From assembly GCA_963829525.1 (NCBI GenBank), contig CAWHIJ010000003.1, forward strand, positions 2,720,001 through 2,784,000: 64,000 nt of DNA, read 5' to 3'. Under the pieces are notes generated by a model that did no database searches, was not told the DNA's origin, and saw only the letters and a list, made by a program, of their open reading frames with translations. Below are positions 51,805-61,242 of this stretch, one piece after another. The stretch's first letter is position 1. Every line of letters starts with the position of its first letter. Origin of the DNA: an uncultured Actinomycetota bacterium. GTDB taxonomy: Bacteria > Actinomycetota > Actinomycetes > JAHEKZ01. A program made the position numbers and the translations under genes.

Positions 51805-52404
51805 GTGACAAACACCAACGAGGGGCTAGCGCGTCGCACGGTCGTGATCTACGCAGCGAGCAGCCTCGACGGTTACCTAGCACCAAACGACGGCTCGGTG
51901 GCATGGCTGGAACCCTTCGGCAGTGGAGCCGACCTGGGCTTTGACGACTTTCTCGGCACGGTCGGTTCGTTGGTCACCGGTCGCACCACCTTCGAGCAGG
52001 TGCGCACCTTCGGGGCGTGGCCGTACGGCAGAAGACCAACCGCCGTCCTCACTCATCGCGCCGGTCTGAAGGACCTCCCGCCGGGCGTCCGCACCGACGA
52101 TGGAAGCGATCTGCGCACCCTGGTTGCGACGTTGCAAAGGGAGTCAGGCACGGGCACCACATGGTTGCTCGGAGGGGGTTCCCTCCACCAGAGTTTCCTG
52201 GCCGAGGGCCTGGTCGACGAGATCTGGACGCACATCATGCCGGTGCTGCTGGGTGACGGTATCCCGATGTTCCCGGCCCCCTACCCGGCCACCAACCTCC
52301 ACCTGATGAAGTCCGTGGCGTACGAGAACGACGTTGTGCTTGTCCGATACCGCGTCGAGTCGGCCGACAGTGGCCGCTCAGCCCACCGCGACGAACACGT
52401 GTGA
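51805..52404 (+). CDS. Dihydrofolate reductase/RibD C-terminal family protein
   Basis: ASSLDGYLA, TGRTTFE, WLLGGGSL, LVDE..MPVLLGDGIPMF. Confidence 0.9.
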   Translation: MTNTNEGLARRTVVIYAASSLDGYLAPNDGSVAWLEPFGSGADLGFDDFLGTVGSLVTGRTTFEQVRTFGAWPYGRRPTAVLTHRAGLKDLPPGVRTDDGSDLRTLVATLQRESGTGTTWLLGGGSLHQSFLAEGLVDEIWTHIMPVLLGDGIPMFPAPYPATNLHLMKSVAYENDVVLVRYRVESADSGRSAHRDEHV

Positions 52405-53058
52405 AGCCATGGCGCTGTCGAGCTCGGCATACTCCATCCCGCTGCCCACCATGACTCCGACTTCGGTGCGGCGCACCTTCACGACCTGACCGGGGAGGAC
52501 ACCGGCCCGACTCAGCGACGCCATGAGGTCGTGGTCGTCTTGGATTGGCTCACCGATCCGGCGCACGGTGACCCGTCGCGACTCCTCCGTCGCTACGGAG
52601 TCAAGACCCTTTAGCTCACCTGACTCGGCTACAAGAGGTTCGCCCAACTCATCCAGCCCAGGAATCGGGTTGCCGAACGGGGAGTGTGTCGGCTGGTTGA
52701 GCAGCTCGAGGATGCGTCGCTCGACCGTCTCGCTCATCACATGCTCCCAGCGGCACGCCTCGGCATGCACCTCTTCCCACGGAAGCCCGATCACATCAAT
52801 AAGCAGGCACTCGGCGAGACGATGTTTGCGCATGACCCGCATCGCCATGGCGCGCCCCCGCACCGACAGCTCCAGGTGCCGATCGCCCTCAACGGTCAAG
52901 AGCTCATCGCGCGCCATTCGGGCGACCGTCTGGCTCACCGTGGGCCCCGACTGCTGAAGCCGTTCGGCGATGCGGGCACGCAGCGGGACGACGCCTTCCT
53001 CCTCCAGCTCGAAGATCGTCCGGAGGTACATCTCCGTGGTGTCGATGAGATCGCTCAC
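52378..53058 (-). CDS. ideR: Iron-dependent repressor IdeR/DtxR
   Basis: DLIDTTEMYLRTIFELEEEG, MRKHRLAE, EACRWEHVMS, SPFGNPIPGL. Confidence 0.93.
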   Translation of the reverse strand: MSDLIDTTEMYLRTIFELEEEGVVPLRARIAERLQQSGPTVSQTVARMARDELLTVEGDRHLELSVRGRAMAMRVMRKHRLAECLLIDVIGLPWEEVHAEACRWEHVMSETVERRILELLNQPTHSPFGNPIPGLDELGEPLVAESGELKGLDSVATEESRRVTVRRIGEPIQDDHDLMASLSRAGVLPGQVVKVRRTEVGVMVGSGMEYAELDSAMASHVFVAVG

Positions 53059-53065
53059 ACCCTGA

Positions 53066-54760
53066 TCATCCCTGCCTGTGCATGGTTCGGCCACCCACCA
53101 CTGTCTGCAACACCGAGGCGTCAAGAAGCCGGTCAGGATCGGATTCAGTGACGTCGGGGGCGACGACGAGGAAGTCTGCGTGCCGTCCGGGCGCAATGGA
53201 TCCCATCTGGTCCTCTTCAAAGCACGACCATGCCGCATTTGCTGTCGCGTACCGGATGGCCTCCTGCAGCGGCAACGCGTTCTTGGGCTCATTGGCCGGC
53301 AGCGCCGGGTCCATCGCCGAGCGGCGCGTCGTTGCTATGAACAGGTTCGGAAGCGGCGCGTACGGGGCCGTCGGAGCGTCCGTGCCCAGCACCAGGCGAG
53401 CCCCGGAGGCAACTAGTGCCGCGGCCGGGAACCCCGCGGGCGAGCGCTCCGGCCCCAACATGGCCCGCCAGTTGTCCTGGATCGCCGGGTCGGCGTGCAC
53501 CGGCTGCATGGACGCGGTTACCCCGAGTTCGGCAAAACGCGGGATGTCGGACGGGTCGCAGTACTCGATATGCTCGATCCGGTGGCGACGCTCGACGGAG
53601 CCGCCTGGCCCCGATCGACCGGGCCCAGTGCCATTCTCGCGGTAGGCGTTCTCGATGGAGTCGAGAGCGGCACGCACAGCGGCGTCGCCGATGGCGTGCA
53701 GGGCAATCTGGACGCCAGCCTTGTCTGCGGCGGCAACCACCGGGGACAACGCTTCGTAGTCCCAGATCGGGTCGGGCATCGCGCCCGTGGTGTAGGGCTC
53801 GGAGACATGGGCGGTGCAACCGTCGATCACGCCGTCGACGATGAACTTGATGCCCGTCATCCGAAAGCGGTCGGAGTTGTGAAGGCGCTTCAGCTCGACT
53901 GCCTCTGAGACCTGAGCCAGGTGAGTGGCGGTCGATCCCTCACGCGACATCAACCAGTGGCCGATCACCCGAAGATCGAGCTCGCCATCTGCTTCGGCCG
54001 CGGCAATGGTCTGCAGTGAGGTCGGCCCGAGTCCCATGTCGATCACCGTCGTCACGCCCGCCGCATGCAGAGCCGACATGGCGCTGCGCAGATGCTGTCG
54101 ATGCCCCTCGCCGGTGGTGACGCGTTCTAGGTGCGCCCAGGCCAGCTCGGCAGCCGTCTCCTCCAAGAAGCCGGTCGCCCGGCCGGACGCGTCTCGAGCA
54201 ATACGGCCACCAGCCGGGTCCGGTGTCGAGTCGGTGATCCCCAGCGCCTCCAGCCCGAGCGAGTTCACCCAGGTCGAGTGGTAGTCATTGGCGTCCAGGA
54301 GTACGGGGCGGGTGGGAACCGCCGTGTCGAGCATCGCCGCTGTCGGTTCGCCACCAGGAATCGCGTCGAAGAGCCAGCTCTTGCCGAGCACCCAGTGACT
54401 CTGCAGGTGCCTGACGGCGTGCTCACGGACGAGATGCTGAATCTCGTCCAACGACCGCGCCCGCACCAGGTCGACGCGTTGAAGTGACTCACCCATCCCC
54501 ATGAGGTGAAAGTGACCGTCGATGATGCCGGGGAGGACCAAATTGCCCTGGAGATCGACCTCTTCGACGGCCCCACCGGTTCCATCCGTCGCGCCAGCTG
54601 CCGCCTTGGCTGCTGCGGCTTGGACCTCCTCCAAGCAGCCGGCCACCAGAAACCGGCCTTCGTGCACGGCAAAAGCAGGAGCCCATGGCCGATCAGGGTC
54701 AGCGGTGAAAGCCTTCGCGTTGCGATAGATAACCGGAGCATCAGCGGCGAGTTGGGTCAC
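53066..54760 (-). CDS. Amidohydrolase (amidohydrolase_3/YtcJ-like)
   Basis: PGIIDGHFH, KFIVDG, HAIGDAA, RHRIEH, SMQPVH, GTDAP. Confidence 0.9.
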   Translation of the reverse strand: MTQLAADAPVIYRNAKAFTADPDRPWAPAFAVHEGRFLVAGCLEEVQAAAAKAAAGATDGTGGAVEEVDLQGNLVLPGIIDGHFHLMGMGESLQRVDLVRARSLDEIQHLVREHAVRHLQSHWVLGKSWLFDAIPGGEPTAAMLDTAVPTRPVLLDANDYHSTWVNSLGLEALGITDSTPDPAGGRIARDASGRATGFLEETAAELAWAHLERVTTGEGHRQHLRSAMSALHAAGVTTVIDMGLGPTSLQTIAAAEADGELDLRVIGHWLMSREGSTATHLAQVSEAVELKRLHNSDRFRMTGIKFIVDGVIDGCTAHVSEPYTTGAMPDPIWDYEALSPVVAAADKAGVQIALHAIGDAAVRAALDSIENAYRENGTGPGRSGPGGSVERRHRIEHIEYCDPSDIPRFAELGVTASMQPVHADPAIQDNWRAMLGPERSPAGFPAAALVASGARLVLGTDAPTAPYAPLPNLFIATTRRSAMDPALPANEPKNALPLQEAIRYATANAAWSCFEEDQMGSIAPGRHADFLVVAPDVTESDPDRLLDASVLQTVVGGRTMHRQG

Positions 54761-54837
54761 GGGGGCATCCTGCCGCACCCGACGGGAGTCGTTCACCTCC
54801 CTGGGCAGATTCTTCCTCGATCCCATAGCGTCGAACC

Positions 54838-56241
54838 GTGGCTCCTTCCCGGTCGGTGATGTGGTTCAGGCGTGATTTGCGTCTAGCCGACCACCCGGCG
54901 CTGAACGGCGCTGCTGATGCGGCGGACGAAGTAGTACCGCTGTTCGTCATCGACCCGTCGCTGTGGCGTCCAGCTGGAGCACCTCGACGCCAGTACCTGC
55001 TGCGCTCGCTCAGGAGCCTCGACGCCGACATGGGTGGCGCGCTTGTTCTGCGCGACGGCGATCCCGTCGAGGCCGTTGTCGCGTTGGCGCGCGAGGTCGG
55101 GGCGTCCAGCGTCCATGTCTCGGCCGACCACGGACCCTATGGAGCTGCCCGCGACGCAAGGGTCGAGCGCAGCCTTGCTGACGTCGGCGCCGGCGTCGGC
55201 GTCGGCGTCGAGATGGTCCGCACTGGTTCGCCCTACGCAGTCGCGCCGGGACGCGTAGTGAAGGGGGACGGCACTCCCTACCGTGTCTACTCACCGTTTT
55301 ACCGGGGGTGGACCGCGCACGGTTGGCGAGCGCCCGCAGCACCGCACGACCGCTTCACTTGGGTGCGTGACCTTGACAGTGATCCGTTACCCGAAGTCGG
55401 ACTGGGAGGGGACGAGGCCGACCAGAGCGCAAGCCTCGACAACCTTCCTCCGGCAGGAGAGGCAGCTGCACTCTCCCGCTGGCACGATTTCCGCGACTCC
55501 GCGCTCGACGCGTATGCCGACGACCGCAACCGACCGGACATCGACGGGTCGTCGCGCTTGTCCGTTCACCTGAAGTACGGCGAGATCCATCCGCGCACCA
55601 TCCTGGCTGAGCTCGGCGACAGCAAGGGACACGAGACCTTTCGCAGGGAGCTGGCATGGCGCGAGTTCTATGCCGACGTCCTGCATCACGCGCCCGAGAC
55701 CGCCCGCGAGTACCTGCGGCCGGAGTTCGCAGGTATGCCCTACGACTCCGGACCCGACACTGATGCGCGTCTCCTGGCGTGGCAGCAAGGACTAACGGGC
55801 TATCCCATCGTCGACGCCGGGATGCGCCAGCTGTTGCACGAGGGCTGGATGCACAACCGCGTCCGGATGATCGTGGCGTCATTTCTGGTCAAGGATCTTC
55901 ACCTGGAGTGGCAACTCGGGGCCAGATGGTTCATGCGTCATCTGGTCGACGGCGACATCGCATCTAACTCGCACGGCTGGCAGTGGACGGCCGGCTGCGG
56001 AACCGACGCCTCGCCCTACTTCCGGATCTTCAACCCGATCACCCAAGGCCTGCGCTTCGACCCAGAAGGGGACTACGTGCGACGCTACGTCCCAGAACTC
56101 GGTCATGTCTTGGGCGCTGCGGCCCATGAGCCGTGGAATACAACCGATGGCTACCTCACCGGTTATCCAGAGCGCATGGTCGACCACAGCACGGAACGGG
56201 GTGAGGCGCTCGCACGGTACGCCCTCATCAAGGGCACCTAA
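54838..56241 (+). CDS. phr: Deoxyribodipyrimidine photolyase
   Basis: WFRRDLRLADHPAL, SRLSVHLKYGEI, ELAWREFY, TGYPIVDAGMRQL..GWMHNRVRM, GWQW, RIFNP. Confidence 0.95.
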   Translation: MAPSRSVMWFRRDLRLADHPALNGAADAADEVVPLFVIDPSLWRPAGAPRRQYLLRSLRSLDADMGGALVLRDGDPVEAVVALAREVGASSVHVSADHGPYGAARDARVERSLADVGAGVGVGVEMVRTGSPYAVAPGRVVKGDGTPYRVYSPFYRGWTAHGWRAPAAPHDRFTWVRDLDSDPLPEVGLGGDEADQSASLDNLPPAGEAAALSRWHDFRDSALDAYADDRNRPDIDGSSRLSVHLKYGEIHPRTILAELGDSKGHETFRRELAWREFYADVLHHAPETAREYLRPEFAGMPYDSGPDTDARLLAWQQGLTGYPIVDAGMRQLLHEGWMHNRVRMIVASFLVKDLHLEWQLGARWFMRHLVDGDIASNSHGWQWTAGCGTDASPYFRIFNPITQGLRFDPEGDYVRRYVPELGHVLGAAAHEPWNTTDGYLTGYPERMVDHSTERGEALARYALIKGT

Positions 56242-56317
56242 CGCTTCAAGGGCACCTAGCGCTTCAAGGGCACCTAGCGCTTCAAGGGCACCTAGCGCTT
56301 CAAGGGCTCCTAGCGCT
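56228..56317 (+). repeat. 18-bp tandem repeat, 5 copies (TCAAGGGCACCTAGCGCT)
   Basis: Counted directly; copies 1 and 5 have one mismatch each. Confidence 0.95.
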
Positions 56318-56344
56318 CACGACTTTGCCTAGTGCGAGCTCTCG

Positions 56345-56866
56345 TTATCCAAGCATCGCCGCAAGGTACCTTCGGGCGGCCAGGGTCTGTGTGGCACGAG
56401 CGACCGGGCCACCAGCCTTCGTGTACCACTGGGCTGGCTGGGAGAACGCCGCCACGGCGCCTACTACCGTGTTGTCCTCTCGCCACCTGACCAAAAACGC
56501 CTCTTCCCCGCACTCGGGGTGCCGGGCGAGGGTGCCGTACGCGAAGCCACTTTCCCTCGCTTCGTCGACGACGGATACAACGCGGCATTCGGCGACGATG
56601 CGGAGCGGTCCGGCACCGATGCCCAGCTTGACGTCGACACCCTCCGCCGCTTCGGAGTCGGCTTCCACGTTCACACCAGCGTCACGGTGCATCTGCCAGG
56701 ACCGGACCCGTTCTGAGGCGAGGCGGAAGTCGAGCTCACCAGCGCCGATCACTCGCGTCCGCACCATGACGTGCCATGGCCCCGCTATGTAGACCGCACC
56801 CCGGGCCAGAGGCAGAGACCCGCCCCGCAACCTCGCGGGGTAGGAGAGGCCGGACACAGCGCTCAT
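56345..56866 (-). CDS. DUF1990 family protein
   Basis: WQMHRDAG, CRVVSV, GFAYGTLARHPECGEEAF, AFSQPA. Confidence 0.88.
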   Translation of the reverse strand: MSAVSGLSYPARLRGGSLPLARGAVYIAGPWHVMVRTRVIGAGELDFRLASERVRSWQMHRDAGVNVEADSEAAEGVDVKLGIGAGPLRIVAECRVVSVVDEARESGFAYGTLARHPECGEEAFLVRWREDNTVVGAVAAFSQPAQWYTKAGGPVARATQTLAARRYLAAMLG

Positions 56867-56975
56867 GGTCGCACCATTTCGGCAGCCGTCACACGTCGAC
56901 GCCCATTGCGCTGCGGGTCAGACGTCGCCCATGGCGCTTCGCGCCCAGGGAACTCAGGTTTGGTACGCGCCGCCG

Positions 56976-58337
56976 TCACTCAGGCGGCAGGAGCCTTCGG
57001 GTGCCGTCAGGTTCGACGACCACCCGCCACTGTTTCAAATGAACCAGTCCGTGGTGCCTGCGGCAGAGGAGCACGGTGTTGGACAGCGACGTCTCACCGC
57101 CGTGCTCCCAGAAGACGATGTGATGCACGTCGCAGTGCTCCGGAGGACGATGACAGCCGGGGCCAACGCAGGTGCGGTCTCGAGCGGCGACCGCACGGCG
57201 GAGCGCCGGCGGGATTGTCCGCGTGGCCCTTCCGACATCGAGGATCTGTGACGCGCCGTCGGTGACGATGCGCGACACTGTGGCGTCACACCCGACCAGC
57301 TGCGCCTGCGTCGCCGTGATCGGACCGGCCCAGGCTAGCTGCGCAGGCTCGACACCCGCCGGTGAACCATCCCCCACCCGGGCCGCCGCCAAAGTCGCGT
57401 AGTCGACCATCACCGACAGGTGCGGACGCACGCCACCGACCGTCGCCTCGTTGGTGTCCTGTAGCCACTCCTGACAGATCTCTGCCAGCGCATCAGCACT
57501 GCGCTGCGCCCAGGTACGCACCTCGTCGGTCTGCGCTGAACTTCCCTGAGCCGCTCCACCGGTGTTGTCAGTGTGGCCGTCGCCGCGGTCGCTCCCTGAT
57601 GTCGGACGGAGCTTCACGTCCAGTGCGGTCATGAGAAGCGCACCAGTCGAAGGATCGAGAAGACCGTTGACGGACACCATCCCGTCTATCGTCTCGGCCA
57701 CCGACAGTCCTCGGCGGTCGAGCTTGCGGATAGCTGCCTCGTCGGCGCGCTCACGGTCGAAGCAGTGCACCAACCGGTCGCCGACGCAGCGGAGCTGTCC
57801 AGGGTCGAGCTTGCTCGCATGATCGATGAGTGAGCCTTCTGCCTCATCGCGGTGCTCCACAGGCACCTGCGCCAATGCTCGGTCGATGACCAGCGCATGC
57901 CGCCAGGTGACGCTGCCGTTGAGCATCGCCTCCGCGGTCGCACCGAGCTGGCCCGTTACCGCGGTGGCTACCTTCGCGCGGCCCGAGGCCTCCCCCGGCG
58001 CAAGCCGACAAGTGTGCCGCATCCACGACGCCAGCGTTCCGAACCCAGCCTCTGCGATGGCACCGGAGCTGTCGAGGTCTGCCGCGGCCCCGAGCCAGAG
58101 TGCCTCGAACTGGTCGATGAGGTGACGCATCGCGACCACTTGGCCGGCTGGTGTCGCATGCTCAGCATCTGCGGCGAAAGTCGCAAACAGCTCCGCAGCC
58201 TGCGGAACCAGGCCGGCCGCACCGGCACCCCGCGACAGACCGGACGGAAGACGCTGGCCCGGAACGGCCCAGGCAGGCGACTGCGCGGATGCCTCGTTGG
58301 CGACCGCGCGTGCGGGTTCGTCCGCGGTGTGGCCCAT
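56976..58337 (-). CDS. DUF222 + HNH endonuclease (13E12 repeat family); ORF is open up to 58568
   Basis: QRSADAL, RPHLSV, CDA, LDVGRATR, RDRTCVGPGC, HHIVFWEHGGETSLSNTVLLCRRHH. Confidence 0.9.
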   Translation of the reverse strand: MGHTADEPARAVANEASAQSPAWAVPGQRLPSGLSRGAGAAGLVPQAAELFATFAADAEHATPAGQVVAMRHLIDQFEALWLGAAADLDSSGAIAEAGFGTLASWMRHTCRLAPGEASGRAKVATAVTGQLGATAEAMLNGSVTWRHALVIDRALAQVPVEHRDEAEGSLIDHASKLDPGQLRCVGDRLVHCFDRERADEAAIRKLDRRGLSVAETIDGMVSVNGLLDPSTGALLMTALDVKLRPTSGSDRGDGHTDNTGGAAQGSSAQTDEVRTWAQRSADALAEICQEWLQDTNEATVGGVRPHLSVMVDYATLAAARVGDGSPAGVEPAQLAWAGPITATQAQLVGCDATVSRIVTDGASQILDVGRATRTIPPALRRAVAARDRTCVGPGCHRPPEHCDVHHIVFWEHGGETSLSNTVLLCRRHHGLVHLKQWRVVVEPDGTRRLLPPE

Positions 58338-58568
58338 TGGAGCCTCCAGCCCAGGCGGGTGCACCGGTCTGGAGGCCGAAAGCAGCCGGCTGACGGAGCA
58401 CGTAACGGAAAATGGGGTGCGTCGACAGCCGACGCTTTCGCCTGGGGAGCGCTCATCGCCCGGCTCGTGGGCTGGGCAGGAGTCGCACTCAGTCATTGAC
58501 CCGGTTGCACTGCTGATCTTTGCGTGATCGTTGCGCCATTGCCGGCCGAGGGTCCGTCTCCCGTCCAT

Positions 58569-58584
58569 TCGAACGTATGTTCGA
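58569..58584. promoter_or_regulatory. LexA (SOS) box
   Basis: TCGAACGTATGTTCGA, perfect TCGAAC-N4-GTTCGA. Confidence 0.88.
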
Positions 58585-58606
58585 TTCTAGCTCACCCCAC
58601 GGACAA
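58584..58606 (-). promoter_or_regulatory. PafBC/RecA-NDp-like promoter
   Basis: Minus strand TTGTCCG-N10-TAGAAT versus consensus TGTCGG-N10-TANNNT. Confidence 0.6.
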
Positions 58607-58764
58607 GCGCAACCATCCAAAGGGAACCCACCGGCAGAATCTGAGCGTAGATCTCGGGCACGCTAAGTCATAGCCAGCACACACTGAGTAACGACCGATC
58701 ATCCGAACGGTGCGAAGAATCAGGTCCGGGCGCCGCGTCGGGGCCCGCCCCGTACCCTTCGGCC

Positions 58765-59547
58765 ATGCGAGTTCTCAGCGTCCTGAGCCTGAAGGGCGGC
58801 GTCGGCAAGACGTCGGTGACGCTGGGCCTCGCCAGCGCAGCGAACGCCCGTGGCCTGCGCACACTCGTGATTGACCTCGACCCCCAGGCAAACAGCTCGG
58901 TCGTCCTCGATCCGCAGCGGGTGCAGTTCACCAGCAACGATGTGCTGGCCGACGGGCGCTCGGGGGTCATGGAGCAAGCGATCGTCGCCAGTGGCTGGGG
59001 AGAGCGGCTCGACCTGGTCGCCAGCGAGCGGGCCCTCGAGCACCGTGCCGTCCCAGAGGGAGCCGGAAACGTACGCCTACGGGTGACCATGCAAGGCCTT
59101 GCCGGCTACGACCTCGTTCTGATCGACACTCCTCCCGCGCTCGGCGAGCTCACCCGGAATGCCCTGACTGCCAGCGACCTCGGGCTCGTGGTCACCGAGC
59201 CCAGCCTCTTCGCGCTGCAGGGCGCGCAACAGGCGCTGGACGCAATGAGCGTCGTGCGTGACACGAACCTGCGCCTCCAGGTGGCCGGGATCGTCGTCAA
59301 CCGCGTTCGGCCGACGTCGTCAGAGCATCGCTACCGGATGGCCGAGCTCGCTCTCGCCTATGGTGACCTGCTCTGGCAGCCACCCTTGCCCGACCGTGCT
59401 GTGCTTCAACAAGCCGCGGGAGCCTGCACGCCCGTCCACGCCTGGCGTACCCAGGCCGGACGCGAAGTTGCCCGCATTTTCGACACCTACCTCGACCTCG
59501 TACTGGCACCCCATGTCGAGCCCAAACCGCTCCGCCCGGTCTCATAG
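58765..59547 (+). CDS. ParA family ATPase
   Basis: KGGVGKT, IDLDPQAN, IDTPP. Confidence 0.92.
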   Translation: MRVLSVLSLKGGVGKTSVTLGLASAANARGLRTLVIDLDPQANSSVVLDPQRVQFTSNDVLADGRSGVMEQAIVASGWGERLDLVASERALEHRAVPEGAGNVRLRVTMQGLAGYDLVLIDTPPALGELTRNALTASDLGLVVTEPSLFALQGAQQALDAMSVVRDTNLRLQVAGIVVNRVRPTSSEHRYRMAELALAYGDLLWQPPLPDRAVLQQAAGACTPVHAWRTQAGREVARIFDTYLDLVLAPHVEPKPLRPVS

Positions 59548-59616
59548 TGCCCAGCGGGTCACAGTGCCCACTGGCATAGTGCACGGGAGAAGCCAACGGA
59601 CGGAGAGGACAAAGCC

Positions 59617-59979
59617 GTGAGTCGTCCCGAACCACGTCCCGCACTACAGAGATCTGGAGACGGGTCCGTTCATCCAGCGGCTCCGCGAGTCGCAGCCGAG
59701 CAGCACGTCCACCCGGAACCGCACGCTCCTTCGGCCGCCAACAAACAGTCCAAGAAGAGCAAAGGCGTCAAGCCGATCGACCGGGCTGATGACACTGCTC
59801 GCCGGGACAAGGAACCTGAGGCACCGCTACCGGCCTTCGAGGGCAAGCCAGTCGAGTTGACCGTGGCACTTCCCAAAGACCTACGCAAGCAGGTGCGGAA
59901 GGCAGCCGACAGGGATGGGACAACAGTCGACATGCTCGTGGTCGAAGCGCTGACCCGCTTCGTGGCAGGCCGCAAATAG
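59617..59979 (+). CDS. Small protein with probable C-terminal ribbon-helix-helix
   Basis: Disordered N-terminus; ELTVALPKDLRKQVRKAADRDGTTVDMLVVEALTRF. Confidence 0.6.
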   Translation: MSRPEPRPALQRSGDGSVHPAAPRVAAEQHVHPEPHAPSAANKQSKKSKGVKPIDRADDTARRDKEPEAPLPAFEGKPVELTVALPKDLRKQVRKAADRDGTTVDMLVVEALTRFVAGRK

Positions 59980-60002
59980 CGAAACGTAGCGAAGCGGTCG
60001 CG

Positions 60003-61139
60003 TCAGAAGATGCCCTGATCCATCTCGCGCAGCAGACCATCCACCACAGCGCGAAGATCGCCGTCAGCGGCAGCAGCGGTTGCGCGCTGGCGCTGGTAGC
60101 TGGCGCCGATCTCCATCAGCTGCTCCACCTTCATGAGCTCTTCAGCACAACCAAGCTTTCGGGCAGTCGGCTCAAGATCTTCGGCAAGGTCGAGAATGGC
60201 CTCTTTGATGGGCTTGACGTCTTGGCCCAGATCGTCCACGACGATCTCAGCGTCGAGGCCGTAACGCGCAGCCCGCCACTTGTTCTCGCGGACGAGCCAC
60301 ATGCGTGGCTGCGGCAGCGTGTATCCCTTGTCCAGCTGACGGTCGAACGACTCGACCAGCGACTGCGCCATCGCAGCAATCACCGAGATCTCGTCAAGGG
60401 TCGGTATGCCGTCGCAGATACGAAGCTCGACGGTCCCAAAGTTCGGGTGCGGGCGGATGTCCCACCAGACCTCGCGGATGGACTCGATGGTCTTCGACGA
60501 GATCAGCGTGTCCATGTACTCCTCGAACGCGTCCCACCCGGAAAGGGAGTACGGCAGGCCCGCCGTCGGTAGACCCTCGAATACCTTGCTGCGCGCCGAC
60601 GCAAGCCCGGTATCTGAGCCCATCCAGTAGGGCGAGGAGGACGAGAGCGCCAGGAAATGCGGGATGTACATCATCAATGCGTTGTTGATCGGAATCGCCT
60701 TTTCGGGCGCACGGACACCGACATGTACGTGGACGCCGAAGATCTGCAGACGACGCGCGAGCCACTGCATCTGCTCGACCAGCTGGGCATATCGAGGATT
60801 CGGGCTGATCTGCTGTGTCGACCAGTCGGTGAAGGGGTGCGTCCCCGAACACATGACTCCGAGGTTCCGCTTGGCTGCGGCGACCTGCACTTCCTTCAGT
60901 GTGCCTGCGAGATCCTCGCGCGCTTCGGCGACCGTTGAACAGATCCCGGTGATGATCTCGATCGTCGACTCGAGCAACTCGTGCTTGGCCTTGGGATGCT
61001 CTTCGCCAGGCACGGGGGCGATCTCAGTCAGGATCTCCGTCGCACCGCTCGTCAGCTCACGGGTGTCATGATCGATGAGCTCAAGCTCCCACTCGATGCC
61101 CAGGCTCGATCGCTCTGACGGCTGAAACGGAATGTGCAC
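60003..61139 (-). CDS. ybdK: Glutamate--cysteine ligase, YbdK/GCS2 family
   Basis: LGIEWE, GTHPF, FGVHVHVG, SSPYW, WWDIRPHPNFGTVELRICD, ENKWRAARYGL. Confidence 0.92.
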   Translation of the reverse strand: MHIPFQPSERSSLGIEWELELIDHDTRELTSGATEILTEIAPVPGEEHPKAKHELLESTIEIITGICSTVAEAREDLAGTLKEVQVAAAKRNLGVMCSGTHPFTDWSTQQISPNPRYAQLVEQMQWLARRLQIFGVHVHVGVRAPEKAIPINNALMMYIPHFLALSSSSPYWMGSDTGLASARSKVFEGLPTAGLPYSLSGWDAFEEYMDTLISSKTIESIREVWWDIRPHPNFGTVELRICDGIPTLDEISVIAAMAQSLVESFDRQLDKGYTLPQPRMWLVRENKWRAARYGLDAEIVVDDLGQDVKPIKEAILDLAEDLEPTARKLGCAEELMKVEQLMEIGASYQRQRATAAAADGDLRAVVDGLLREMDQGIF

Positions 61140-61242
61140 GCCTACAGGCTATGGCCGAAGGCAGTGCCGGGTCACGGGTTGGCGGACTCTTCTTGAAGAT
61201 ATTGCGCCCAGCGCCTACCTCAGCGACCGTTTGCGTCGGCAG

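Noticed and set aside
56228-56317. Possible CRISPR array
   Set aside because: Contiguous 18-bp units with no spacers and no cas genes in the window
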